A stretch of DNA of 64,000 nucleotides from a virus. Below the pieces are notes generated by a model. It made no database searches, was not told where the DNA came from, and saw only the letters and a program-made list of their open reading frames with translations. Shown one piece after another: positions 56,899 to 64,000 of the stretch; within the stretch, counting starts at the first letter, position 1, and each line of letters begins with the position of its first letter. Location: the IMG/VR virus record IMGVR_UViG_3300009609_000001, positions 36,268 to 100,267 of that record. One strand, written 5' to 3'. A program made the position numbers and the translations under genes.

Positions 56899-57030
56899 CT
56901 ACCCAAGTCCATATTGAAGAAGGTCGAGAACCGCGCCAATAACAGGCAGTAATTTCGGGGTCACCAGTAGGCCAGTTGCCAATAGCGCCCAAGAAGAAAT
57001 AGCCAGGATTGACAACCATCGGGGTTTCAT
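56899..57030 (-). CDS. Possible 43-aa membrane peptide
   Basis: MKPRWLSILAISSWALLATGLLVTPKLLPVIGAVLDLLQYGLG. Confidence 0.4.
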   Translation of the reverse strand: MKPRWLSILAISSWALLATGLLVTPKLLPVIGAVLDLLQYGLG

Positions 57031-58836
57031 GTGTCAACGACTCTAAAGTACAACGGCGTGCAAATCAAGAACTGCACGCTCAAGGACTTCCGCCAAAAGC
57101 TGGAATACGATCCCAGCGGCACAGACCCAGAACTAAATCGGTTTCGCATCAGGGTCAACGGGTATGTTTATTTGCATTCCTCTGCCACGGCCGCGATTAA
57201 CGTAAACGAGGATGGTGCCGCCGTTCCTAAGCCGCAAGTCACCGTTCCCCGTGGACAGACCAGCGCCGTTGGCATCTTCAAGCTGGCTCGCAAGTTGCTG
57301 ATGGAGCCTCGGCGCGACTTGGAACTCCTTTTTAATGGCCAGTCGGTGCTGGTGGCCCAGCCCACAACCTCCCCTGGAGACGTAAAAAACGGCATCGGGG
57401 ACGTGGACAACGGCCCCAAGCCGATGTCCTGTGAGATTGTAAAGGTTGTCGGGAAGAAATCTATCAGAATCGAGTTTGAAATCGAATGTGCCCTGGTCGA
57501 GTGTGATTCCAACCGCAATACCCGTGGGGTGCTCTCCAACCGCTGGGGGCAGACTGACGATTACGACGAGAATTTCTACACGACGCGGACCACGACCGGG
57601 AGACTGCGGATCGCCAGCCAGTATTTGGGCGCGATGGGTCCGCACTCCTTCCGCTCCTGGGTGATGCCGCCACTATCGAAGGGCTTCAGGCGTCATTCCA
57701 TGAACTTCGTGGCCACGCCAGATCAGTTGGTGCTAGAGTACCAAATCGTTGACCGCCAGATTGACGCCGCTCCGCCAGCGCCCGGAGTCACCTGGAGCGG
57801 AACGCATAGCATGAGCACGGCGGATCAGCTCCGCATCCTGGAAGAGGTCAACCTGACGATTCATGGCCCGCCGGGGCAGCCGGACAAAAAACCGCTCATC
57901 AGCATTGCCGCCGACGTGGCTATGGACAAGCTCGATATTTTGAGCAAGCAGAACGGGGAAGAATTCATTCTCGAACAGGCGTCAATCGTCGATCATATCG
58001 ATACTGCTCAAGTTGAAGTGCGGATTCAGATCGCCCGAGTCCCCAAGGATCCGATGGCATTGCTGAATTTCGACACAACGAAACTTGGTCTCTGGCCATC
58101 GCCGGTTAATCAGGGAGCTTATGATCGGCTGAAGTCGGCGATTCCCACCGCCTTCGGCGTGAACAGCCCTGGCGGGATCCTTGTCAGCCATCTGCAGACG
58201 CAATGCGACAACGCACATGCCATGCCCGCACAAGGCGAAAAGGACCCCTCGGAGAAAAAGAAGGCAAAGATCGAGGCCACCACAATTGCGACCTATGAGG
58301 GCTCGAAGGGGACGCTTACGACAAGCAGCCTTCAGGCCAGGAGTTACTCCTCGGCCCATCGAAAATTCCCCTACACCCACTACGAAATGTCCGCATCGTA
58401 CTTGACCAGCATGAATCGGATTCAACTTCCGATTGCCAGGTCGAACAACGATAGGGAGAAGGATTCGGCTGCAATCGTTACGCTGTCCCCGGCCACGAGT
58501 AAACTGATCGTCGAGGTGCAGGCTGAGCGCGCCGGAAAGTGGCCGGACATTCCTGATTCGTTAGATATGAGCGATGAGACAGGAAACCGGTATTGGCTCC
58601 TGAAATCCAAGGTGACTCCAGAGACCCCACGGCTGGGAGTGAATGCCCAGCGGGACCAGACCGTATTTGCGGTGAAATGCCACTACGAGTACGGAACAAC
58701 TCGCCGGGCGACTAAGATAGAGGCCGGCCAACAACCCGCCTTCGCGAAGAACCTGTTTTCGCACACCGTTCCGGCGTCGGCCTTCTTGACGGACATTTTC
58801 GATCTGAGATCTGGTGCAAGTCTCACGAGAAGATAG
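57031..58836 (+). CDS. Putative tail-tip/distal tail protein
   Basis: Beta-rich 601-aa ORF after the tape measure gene. Confidence 0.6.
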   Translation: MSTTLKYNGVQIKNCTLKDFRQKLEYDPSGTDPELNRFRIRVNGYVYLHSSATAAINVNEDGAAVPKPQVTVPRGQTSAVGIFKLARKLLMEPRRDLELLFNGQSVLVAQPTTSPGDVKNGIGDVDNGPKPMSCEIVKVVGKKSIRIEFEIECALVECDSNRNTRGVLSNRWGQTDDYDENFYTTRTTTGRLRIASQYLGAMGPHSFRSWVMPPLSKGFRRHSMNFVATPDQLVLEYQIVDRQIDAAPPAPGVTWSGTHSMSTADQLRILEEVNLTIHGPPGQPDKKPLISIAADVAMDKLDILSKQNGEEFILEQASIVDHIDTAQVEVRIQIARVPKDPMALLNFDTTKLGLWPSPVNQGAYDRLKSAIPTAFGVNSPGGILVSHLQTQCDNAHAMPAQGEKDPSEKKKAKIEATTIATYEGSKGTLTTSSLQARSYSSAHRKFPYTHYEMSASYLTSMNRIQLPIARSNNDREKDSAAIVTLSPATSKLIVEVQAERAGKWPDIPDSLDMSDETGNRYWLLKSKVTPETPRLGVNAQRDQTVFAVKCHYEYGTTRRATKIEAGQQPAFAKNLFSHTVPASAFLTDIFDLRSGASLTRR

Positions 58837-58875
58837 CTCGCCATTATGCAAAACCTGCTAAACTAACCGCCAACT

Positions 58876-58927
58876 GGTATCGGACACACCGAGCCGCGCG
58901 TTCCCTCCGGGGACGTGCGGCTTTTTT
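58876..58927 (+). promoter_or_regulatory. Bulged-A hairpin copy 5 overlapping an intrinsic terminator
   Basis: GGTA TCGG ACACA CCGA GCC; GAGCCGCGCGTTCCC-TCC-GGGGACGTGCGGCTT TTTT. Confidence 0.9.
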
Positions 58928-58941
58928 CATGGAGATAGACC

Positions 58942-59370
58942 ATGAGCGCCACAACCATCGAAGCAGAAGTCCTGGAAGCCTCGTCCGCCAAGACCGCCAG
59001 CAGCACGGGCACGACGGCGATCGGGGGCCGCGGCGAGTTCCGAGCAGCGGAGTTTGAGCTTGACGTGACGGTATCCGACACGGACGCCGGCGACACCCTT
59101 GATGTTTTCATTCAAACCACGATCGACGGGACCAACTGGCTGGATGTCGTGCATTTCACCCAGGTCATCGGAACGGATACCGCCAAACGGTTCGTCGCCA
59201 AGATCGTAGGCACGCTGGCGGAAGCCATGTACGAAGTCGCCTCAGCCTTGGCCGCCGGTTCCGTTCGCCACATCCTTGGAAAACGCTACCGGGCGCGATG
59301 GGACTTGGTGGACGCCGGTGCCGACAACGCGAGCTTTACCTTTTCGATCACTGCGAACTTCATCCCCTGA
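58942..59370 (+). CDS. Putative virion structural protein
   Basis: LDV....TLDVFIQT..DG.NW.D...F.Q...RYRARW beta-sandwich pattern. Confidence 0.65.
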   Translation: MSATTIEAEVLEASSAKTASSTGTTAIGGRGEFRAAEFELDVTVSDTDAGDTLDVFIQTTIDGTNWLDVVHFTQVIGTDTAKRFVAKIVGTLAEAMYEVASALAAGSVRHILGKRYRARWDLVDAGADNASFTFSITANFIP

Positions 59371-60974
59371 TGGCAGTCAATCTGACAACGCTGTTCACTC
59401 GCTGGGGCAAGATGCTCTTTGCCCTGAACACGCTCAACACTGCGCGTCTGACCACGGTTCCGGATGAAATCCAGGATGTACTCGACGAGTTCGCCTCGGC
59501 CTCGGCGGCCATTCTCTCCACGGTTGACAATCTTCCCGATGCCATTCCCGCCTGGCAGTCAGGGACCGGCAGCATCGCCACGGAGCTACAGGCTTCATTT
59601 CAGGCCCTACTGGTGCAAATGGTCAAGGATGACAACGTGCAACCCGATGACGCACTGCTGACGGCCTACGACGAGCTATTGCGGCAAATGGACGCCAGCA
59701 GCGACACGGTAGACGCCAGCGTGGTTGCGGGCACGGCGACGGCGGACGCTGGGAATACCGGGACCGGCGCCTTTCTGGTTTCCGTAAAACGTGGCGATGG
59801 GCGCAGCGAAGAGAACCTCTACGCGGAAGATGTCCGCTTCATTTGCACGGCGCGCGGAGAATCGGCGACGTTCAGCTTCGCCGGGGAACCCACGGTCGAT
59901 TACCTCTCTGAGCAATGGCCAGATGGCTCGGGCTGCTCGGGCAGCGTGACCGTCATTACCTCAGACGACAGCCTGGCTGACAATGGCGGCTTTGAGGACG
60001 AAGACGATATTTCTGACGTGCCCGATGGTTGGGAAGTGATCGTCGGCACTCCTGGGACCACGTTTCGAATTACGGAGCCCGAAGTTCAAACGGTTGTGAT
60101 TTCCGGGACTCCCACACTGGGAACCTATGCCCTGGTGTTCACCAACGCTGCCGGAAAGGTGCAAATCACTGGCCCACTCGATTTCGACGCTGACGGTGGG
60201 ACCGTGCAAGCAGCCCTAAATGCCCTGATTGGCGCGGAAGGCTGGACGATTGACACCACGGGGACCAGCCCAAACTACACGCACACGATCACCATGCTGG
60301 ACGGACCCGGAGGCAACGTCACTCAGCTTAGCAGCATGGCCTCGGCCACGTTCAATGGCACGATCGGCCACGCGACGACAACCGTTGGTGGGGAATCCTT
60401 CCGTGGCTCGAAGTCCCTGGAGTTCATCGGCGGGGCCACGCTCAATGCGATTCAGATTCCACTGGCAGATCTGACGGCCGCGACCGCCTATGCCTGCAAC
60501 ATCTGGGCGAAGGTGAGTTCCGTTCCCGGCGCGGGGGACTTTCGCATCTGCCTTTGGGATGGCTCGGCGGTCGTCAACGATGATCAGGGCGTAGCCAACA
60601 GCCTGACTGTCAACTGCCCCGGTTTGACAACGAACTGGGCCGCCCAGAAGGTGATGTTCCAGACCCCGTCCGTTATGCCGCCAGTCTTGTATCTGCGGAT
60701 CGAACTGACGACCGCGCTTTCCGGCGGGGTGTCTCTGTACCTGGACGAGCTGGCGTTCGATGCGGCAGATTTGTTGTACATTGGCGGGCCAAATGCTAAA
60801 CTGTTCTCCGGTTCAACCCAATGGGAAGTAGCGGACGCCTTTACGCTGGCAATGACGAACGACCGGGCGGGAGAATTCCAGACAGGAGTGTTTCGCGCAA
60901 TTCAATCTCCGGAAAGATTGTTGCCAAGCAACGCGGCGGCTGGTGAAACGATCAGCGACGCGCTGGTCAGCTAG
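59370..60974 (+). CDS. Putative virion/tail protein with carbohydrate-binding-like module
   Basis: NGGFE...PDGW, EVQTV.ISG.PT.GT, LYLDEL; ATG overlaps upstream TGA. Confidence 0.65.
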   Translation: MAVNLTTLFTRWGKMLFALNTLNTARLTTVPDEIQDVLDEFASASAAILSTVDNLPDAIPAWQSGTGSIATELQASFQALLVQMVKDDNVQPDDALLTAYDELLRQMDASSDTVDASVVAGTATADAGNTGTGAFLVSVKRGDGRSEENLYAEDVRFICTARGESATFSFAGEPTVDYLSEQWPDGSGCSGSVTVITSDDSLADNGGFEDEDDISDVPDGWEVIVGTPGTTFRITEPEVQTVVISGTPTLGTYALVFTNAAGKVQITGPLDFDADGGTVQAALNALIGAEGWTIDTTGTSPNYTHTITMLDGPGGNVTQLSSMASATFNGTIGHATTTVGGESFRGSKSLEFIGGATLNAIQIPLADLTAATAYACNIWAKVSSVPGAGDFRICLWDGSAVVNDDQGVANSLTVNCPGLTTNWAAQKVMFQTPSVMPPVLYLRIELTTALSGGVSLYLDELAFDAADLLYIGGPNAKLFSGSTQWEVADAFTLAMTNDRAGEFQTGVFRAIQSPERLLPSNAAAGETISDALVS

Positions 60975-61170
60975 AATCAAAAACGGTGCAAAATGGTGAT
61001 CTCCTTGAAGCTTGGCGTGATCCGACAAGATTCTCAGGGAGAGTACCGTTATGCCACGAAAAGGACAGCCGCGCACAAATCGTTTTTGGAAAAGAAAGCG
61101 ACCGCTATTCGCGCGAGGTTGGCGGTTGCCGGTTAGAAGAATCGGCCACGGCCGACGAAAGTAAGGAACG

Positions 61171-61416
61171 ATGTCGATTCACGAGATGTACGGCCGCATG
61201 GCGGAGGAAAACCAGCGACTTGCGCAGGAGTACAAAAACCTCCTGGGATTGCTGGACAGCGTGCGGACCGGCAAGGTCGATCCAGCGAGAATCGAAATCA
61301 ACATGGCCGCCGACTCGTGGACGCTGCTGCCAGATAAACCGGTCGCGGAAAAGTCAGAGAACGGCGAGTGGAAGAAACGTGATCCAGTCACCGGAGCGGA
61401 GTTAGCACCGAACTAA
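61171..61416 (+). CDS. Small hypothetical protein
   Basis: AAGGA RBS. Confidence 0.6.
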   Translation: MSIHEMYGRMAEENQRLAQEYKNLLGLLDSVRTGKVDPARIEINMAADSWTLLPDKPVAEKSENGEWKKRDPVTGAELAPN

Positions 61417-61431
61417 ACTTAACTGCCTTTC

Positions 61432-61490
61432 GGTATCGGATTCCACCGAGCCGCAGAGTCCCAACGGATTCTGACGGCTCGTTTCTTTTT
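61432..61490 (+). promoter_or_regulatory. Bulged-A hairpin copy 6 overlapping an intrinsic terminator
   Basis: GGTA TCGG ATTCCA CCGA GCC; CGAGCCG-CAGAGTCC...GGATTCTG-A-CGGCTCG TTTCTTTTT. Confidence 0.9.
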
Positions 61491-61501
61491 GGAATTCGAT
61501 C

Positions 61502-62716
61502 ATGGCTCTTACCGCTTCCAACGGCTTGGCGATGGCTGGCACGACAGCCCAGCGTCCCGGATCTGCGGAGACCGGTCAGCCGTATTTCGATACCACCATC
61601 ATGGGCTGGATCGTGTGGAACGGCACGACCTGGCAAGATGCCGCCGATTCTGCCTCGGCTGATGCCGCAATTGGCTCAATCACAGGCGGAGACTCGTCCC
61701 TTGCAATCGCCGGCCTGGCAGCCTCCGGGAGCGGTGCCGGTGGGTCCGTACCAATTTCCGGGTCAGTCGGCGGAACGCATACAACGGGCACTGGTGGGGC
61801 TGGTGGGGCATCTGGAATCACGGCTGGAGCTGGCGGCGCGGCGAGCGGCGCGGCTGGTGTCGGCGGGGCCGGCGCGGCAGCGAACCTTACTGCTGGTGCT
61901 GGCGGCGCTGCGTCAAATGCGGCGAGCGGAAACGCTGGAGCCGGTGGTGCATCTACCGTCTTGGCTGGCGCAGGCGGGGCCGCGACCGGGACTGGCGCTG
62001 CCGCTGGCGGAGCTGGTGGTCTGGCGAGCGTAACAGCCGGCGCTGGTGGCGCAGCAGCGGGAACGTCTGCCGCGGGCGCGGGCGGCGCAGCTTCCCTTGT
62101 CTCCGGCGCTGGTGGCGCGAAGAGCGGCACAGGAACGGCCAACGGCGGCGCAGGCGGGACAGTCTCGATCACTGGCGGCGCTGGAGGGGCAACGGCGTCA
62201 ACCGATGCAGGATCGCTTGGTGGGGCTGGCGCACCTATTTCGATCACTGCCGGAGCTGGTGGGGCTTGCTCTGCGGGAACCGGCGCAGGTGGTGTCGGCG
62301 GCACGATCACGCTGGCTCCCGGAGCCGGCGGTACGTCAGCCGGCGGAAATGCTGGTGCGCCGGGTCGAGTCAAGGTTGGCGGCGCTGGCCTGTTCGCGTT
62401 TGCCAATGCTCAGACGATCGACATGGCCGACGCCACGGTGCAACTCACGCTGGTTCCCGGAGTCCCAGCCGGCACGCTACTGACTTCCACGGTGCTGTAC
62501 ATCGACGCCAACTCTGGCGCGACCGAAGACCTGGAGTTGCCGCACGAAGCGGACTCGAACGGCTTGGTGCTGATTGTCAAGAACACGGGTGGGGAAGACA
62601 TCGTGGTGAAAGACGATTCTGGAGTCACGACCATTTGCACGATCAGCACCACGGAAAGCGCCGTCCTGTTCTGCGACGGCACAACTTGGAGCGGATTCGT
62701 CGGACAAACAACGTAA
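61502..62716 (+). CDS. Gly/Ala-rich repeat fibre/adhesin-like protein
   Basis: GTTAQRP...YFDT...WNGT.W N-terminal domain, roughly 20-aa GAGG repeats, beta C-terminal domain. Confidence 0.75.
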   Translation: MALTASNGLAMAGTTAQRPGSAETGQPYFDTTIMGWIVWNGTTWQDAADSASADAAIGSITGGDSSLAIAGLAASGSGAGGSVPISGSVGGTHTTGTGGAGGASGITAGAGGAASGAAGVGGAGAAANLTAGAGGAASNAASGNAGAGGASTVLAGAGGAATGTGAAAGGAGGLASVTAGAGGAAAGTSAAGAGGAASLVSGAGGAKSGTGTANGGAGGTVSITGGAGGATASTDAGSLGGAGAPISITAGAGGACSAGTGAGGVGGTITLAPGAGGTSAGGNAGAPGRVKVGGAGLFAFANAQTIDMADATVQLTLVPGVPAGTLLTSTVLYIDANSGATEDLELPHEADSNGLVLIVKNTGGEDIVVKDDSGVTTICTISTTESAVLFCDGTTWSGFVGQTT

Positions 62717-62813
62717 TTATGTGGTTTTGAAACAAACTAGACATGATAAAATGACCCCGCGATGTTGTAAGCATCCGGGGTCGTGGCCAAAACCTGAAAG
62801 GAAGGTTTCGACG

Positions 62814-63479
62814 ATGATTAGGGTACGCGAGGAAGCGTGTGGCGTAAAGCAGGGAGACAAGTTCGAGCGACTTGAGGTAATCGGCTGTCCGTTCAGCAAT
62901 GGAAAAGGCAGGTGGTGGGCTGTTTGTTTGTGCGAATGCGGAAACGTTATCGTCTCAGACGTGCAGAACCTGAAAAAGCCAAACCATACAACGTCTTGCG
63001 GTTGTAGACATAAAGAAATCACCAGGAGCCAAAAGCCGAACCTTAAGCACGGAAAAACGGATCACCCGCTTTACTCTGTTTGGATTGGAATGCGCCGGCG
63101 ATGCACAGACGAAAAAGATCAGGAGCACTTTAGGCGATACGGAGGTCGGGGCATCTCGGTTTGCGACGAATGGCAGGACTTCGAGGCATTTTACCAATGG
63201 GCAATTGCGAACGGATGTAAGCCCGGCCTGACCATCGACAGGCGAGATAACGACGGAAATTACGAACCAGGAAATTGCCGCTGGGCGACGGATGTTGAGC
63301 AGTCAAGAAACATAAGCACTAATGTGCTCATTGCTGCGTTTGGCGAAACAAAGTGCGTAAGTGCGTGGGTCGAAGATGAACGATGTGTCGTGAAGCATCA
63401 CACCCTGCTAGGCAGAGTCCACGCAAACAAAATGACCGCTGAGCAGTGCATTACACAGCCGTCTCGAAACCGACGGTAA
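62814..63479 (+). CDS. HNH homing endonuclease
   Basis: CLCECG, SCGC, YGGRGISVCDEW, IDRRDNDGNYEPGNCRWAT. Confidence 0.9.
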   Translation: MIRVREEACGVKQGDKFERLEVIGCPFSNGKGRWWAVCLCECGNVIVSDVQNLKKPNHTTSCGCRHKEITRSQKPNLKHGKTDHPLYSVWIGMRRRCTDEKDQEHFRRYGGRGISVCDEWQDFEAFYQWAIANGCKPGLTIDRRDNDGNYEPGNCRWATDVEQSRNISTNVLIAAFGETKCVSAWVEDERCVVKHHTLLGRVHANKMTAEQCITQPSRNRR

Positions 63480-63490
63480 ACACATTTCTC

Positions 63491-63549
63491 GGTATCAGAC
63501 CAACTGAGCCGACGGACTTCCGCAAGGAGGTTCGCCGGCTTTTTTGTTT
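63491..63549 (+). promoter_or_regulatory. Bulged-A hairpin copy 7 overlapping an intrinsic terminator
   Basis: GGTA TCAG ACCAA CTGA GCC; GAGCCG.CGGACTTCC-GCAA-GGAGGTTCG.CGGCTT TTTT. Confidence 0.9.
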
Positions 63550-63564
63550 AACAAGGAGTCTTCG

Positions 63565-64000
63565 ATGCCAACCCTAACGCTTTTCGGTCATGACCTGTCA
63601 GGAACAACGGCCCAGCGACCAACTAACGTAGAAATTTCTCAGCCGTACTTCGATACCGATCTTGGCCAATTGATGGTCTGGAATGGAACCGCCTGGCAGG
63701 CCGCGGCTGATGCGTCCGATTCAGTGGTCGATTCGATCACAGGCAATGATGCCACATTGGACATTGCCGGAAAGGCCGGAACCGCAGCAACCGGTGGTGC
63801 AGGCGGGGCCGTGCCGATCGCCGGTGGAGTCGGCGGAACTCATACGACTGGAACCGGTGGCGCGGGCGGGCTTGTGACCGCCTCGGGCGGTGTGGGTGGC
63901 GCGGCGTCTGCCGCTGCCGGTATCGGCGGCGCGGGCGGCGCTTCTACCGCATCTGGTGGAGCCGGCGGTGCTTCGACTCATGCCTCTGCCGGAAACGGCG
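63565..64000 (+). CDS. Second Gly-rich fibre protein, paralogue of 61502-62716 (runs off the window; absent from the ORF track)
   Basis: AAGGAG RBS; MPTLTLFGHDLSGTTAQRP...QPYFDTDLGQLMVWNGTAWQ...GGTHTTGTGGAGG. Confidence 0.85.
   Translation, partial: MPTLTLFGHDLSGTTAQRPTNVEISQPYFDTDLGQLMVWNGTAWQAAADASDSVVDSITGNDATLDIAGKAGTAATGGAGGAVPIAGGVGGTHTTGTGGAGGLVTASGGVGGAASAAAGIGGAGGASTASGGAGGASTHASAGNG

Larger units (their letters stand above)
1..64000. mobile_element. Temperate tailed phage (partial) with tyrosine integrase and Mu-like head module
   Basis: Terminase, portal, protease, capsid and tail genes on +; replication, recombination and methylase genes on -; integrase in the middle; no host housekeeping genes. 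Confidence 0.95.

Noticed and set aside
59070-59088. GGTA-TCCG-ACA-CGGA-CGCC as another motif copy
   Set aside because: Inside a CDS, 3-nt loop, extra base before GCC and no rival hairpin; likely chance
43184-63510. Seven-copy motif as a CRISPR or mini-array repeat, or a DNA operator
   Set aside because: Copies are dispersed with no spacers and no cas genes; compensatory stem changes and strict strand orientation favour RNA structure
61502-64000. Fibre paralogues as a diversity-generating retroelement TR/VR pair or as PE-PGRS genes
   Set aside because: No reverse transcriptase in the window, differences are not adenine-specific, and there is no PE domain

Overview
The whole window reads as one temperate tailed phage (about 60% GC; Planctomycetota host is my inference, not shown). 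Bases 1-29.4k are a minus-strand early arm: many small Cys-rich ORFs, a DnaB N-terminal-like protein, an SF2 helicase, a ParB-like protein, a RecE-like exonuclease with an SSB-like gene, three DNA methyltransferases, a Gp37/68 protein, HNH endonucleases and XRE regulators. Bases 29.1-33.8k are the switch/integration region: an excisionase-like HTH gene with twin operators, a complete tRNA-Leu(GAG), a tyrosine integrase, about 850 nt of hairpin-dense non-coding DNA, and an XRE gene with an apparently truncated toxin. Bases 34.3-64k are a plus-strand late arm: terminase, Mu-like portal/protease/capsid/adaptor, tail tube, a frameshifted chaperone, a tape-measure-like protein and Gly-rich fibre paralogues. 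The main discovery is a 20-21 nt bulged-A hairpin (GGTA-stem4-loop-stem4'-GCC) present in seven copies with compensatory stem changes, each in the leader of a virion gene. Each copy overlaps either an intrinsic terminator or a hairpin that hides the RBS/start codon, which suggests a dispersed RNA switch controlling late genes; the first copy follows a small DUF2292-like gene that is a candidate activator. Also notable are a ~1576-aa polyvalent head-module protein carrying a sigma-70 domain, and an HNH cassette that appears to supply a recoded 3' end to the gene it interrupts. All protein family calls are from motif recognition by eye; no searches were run.
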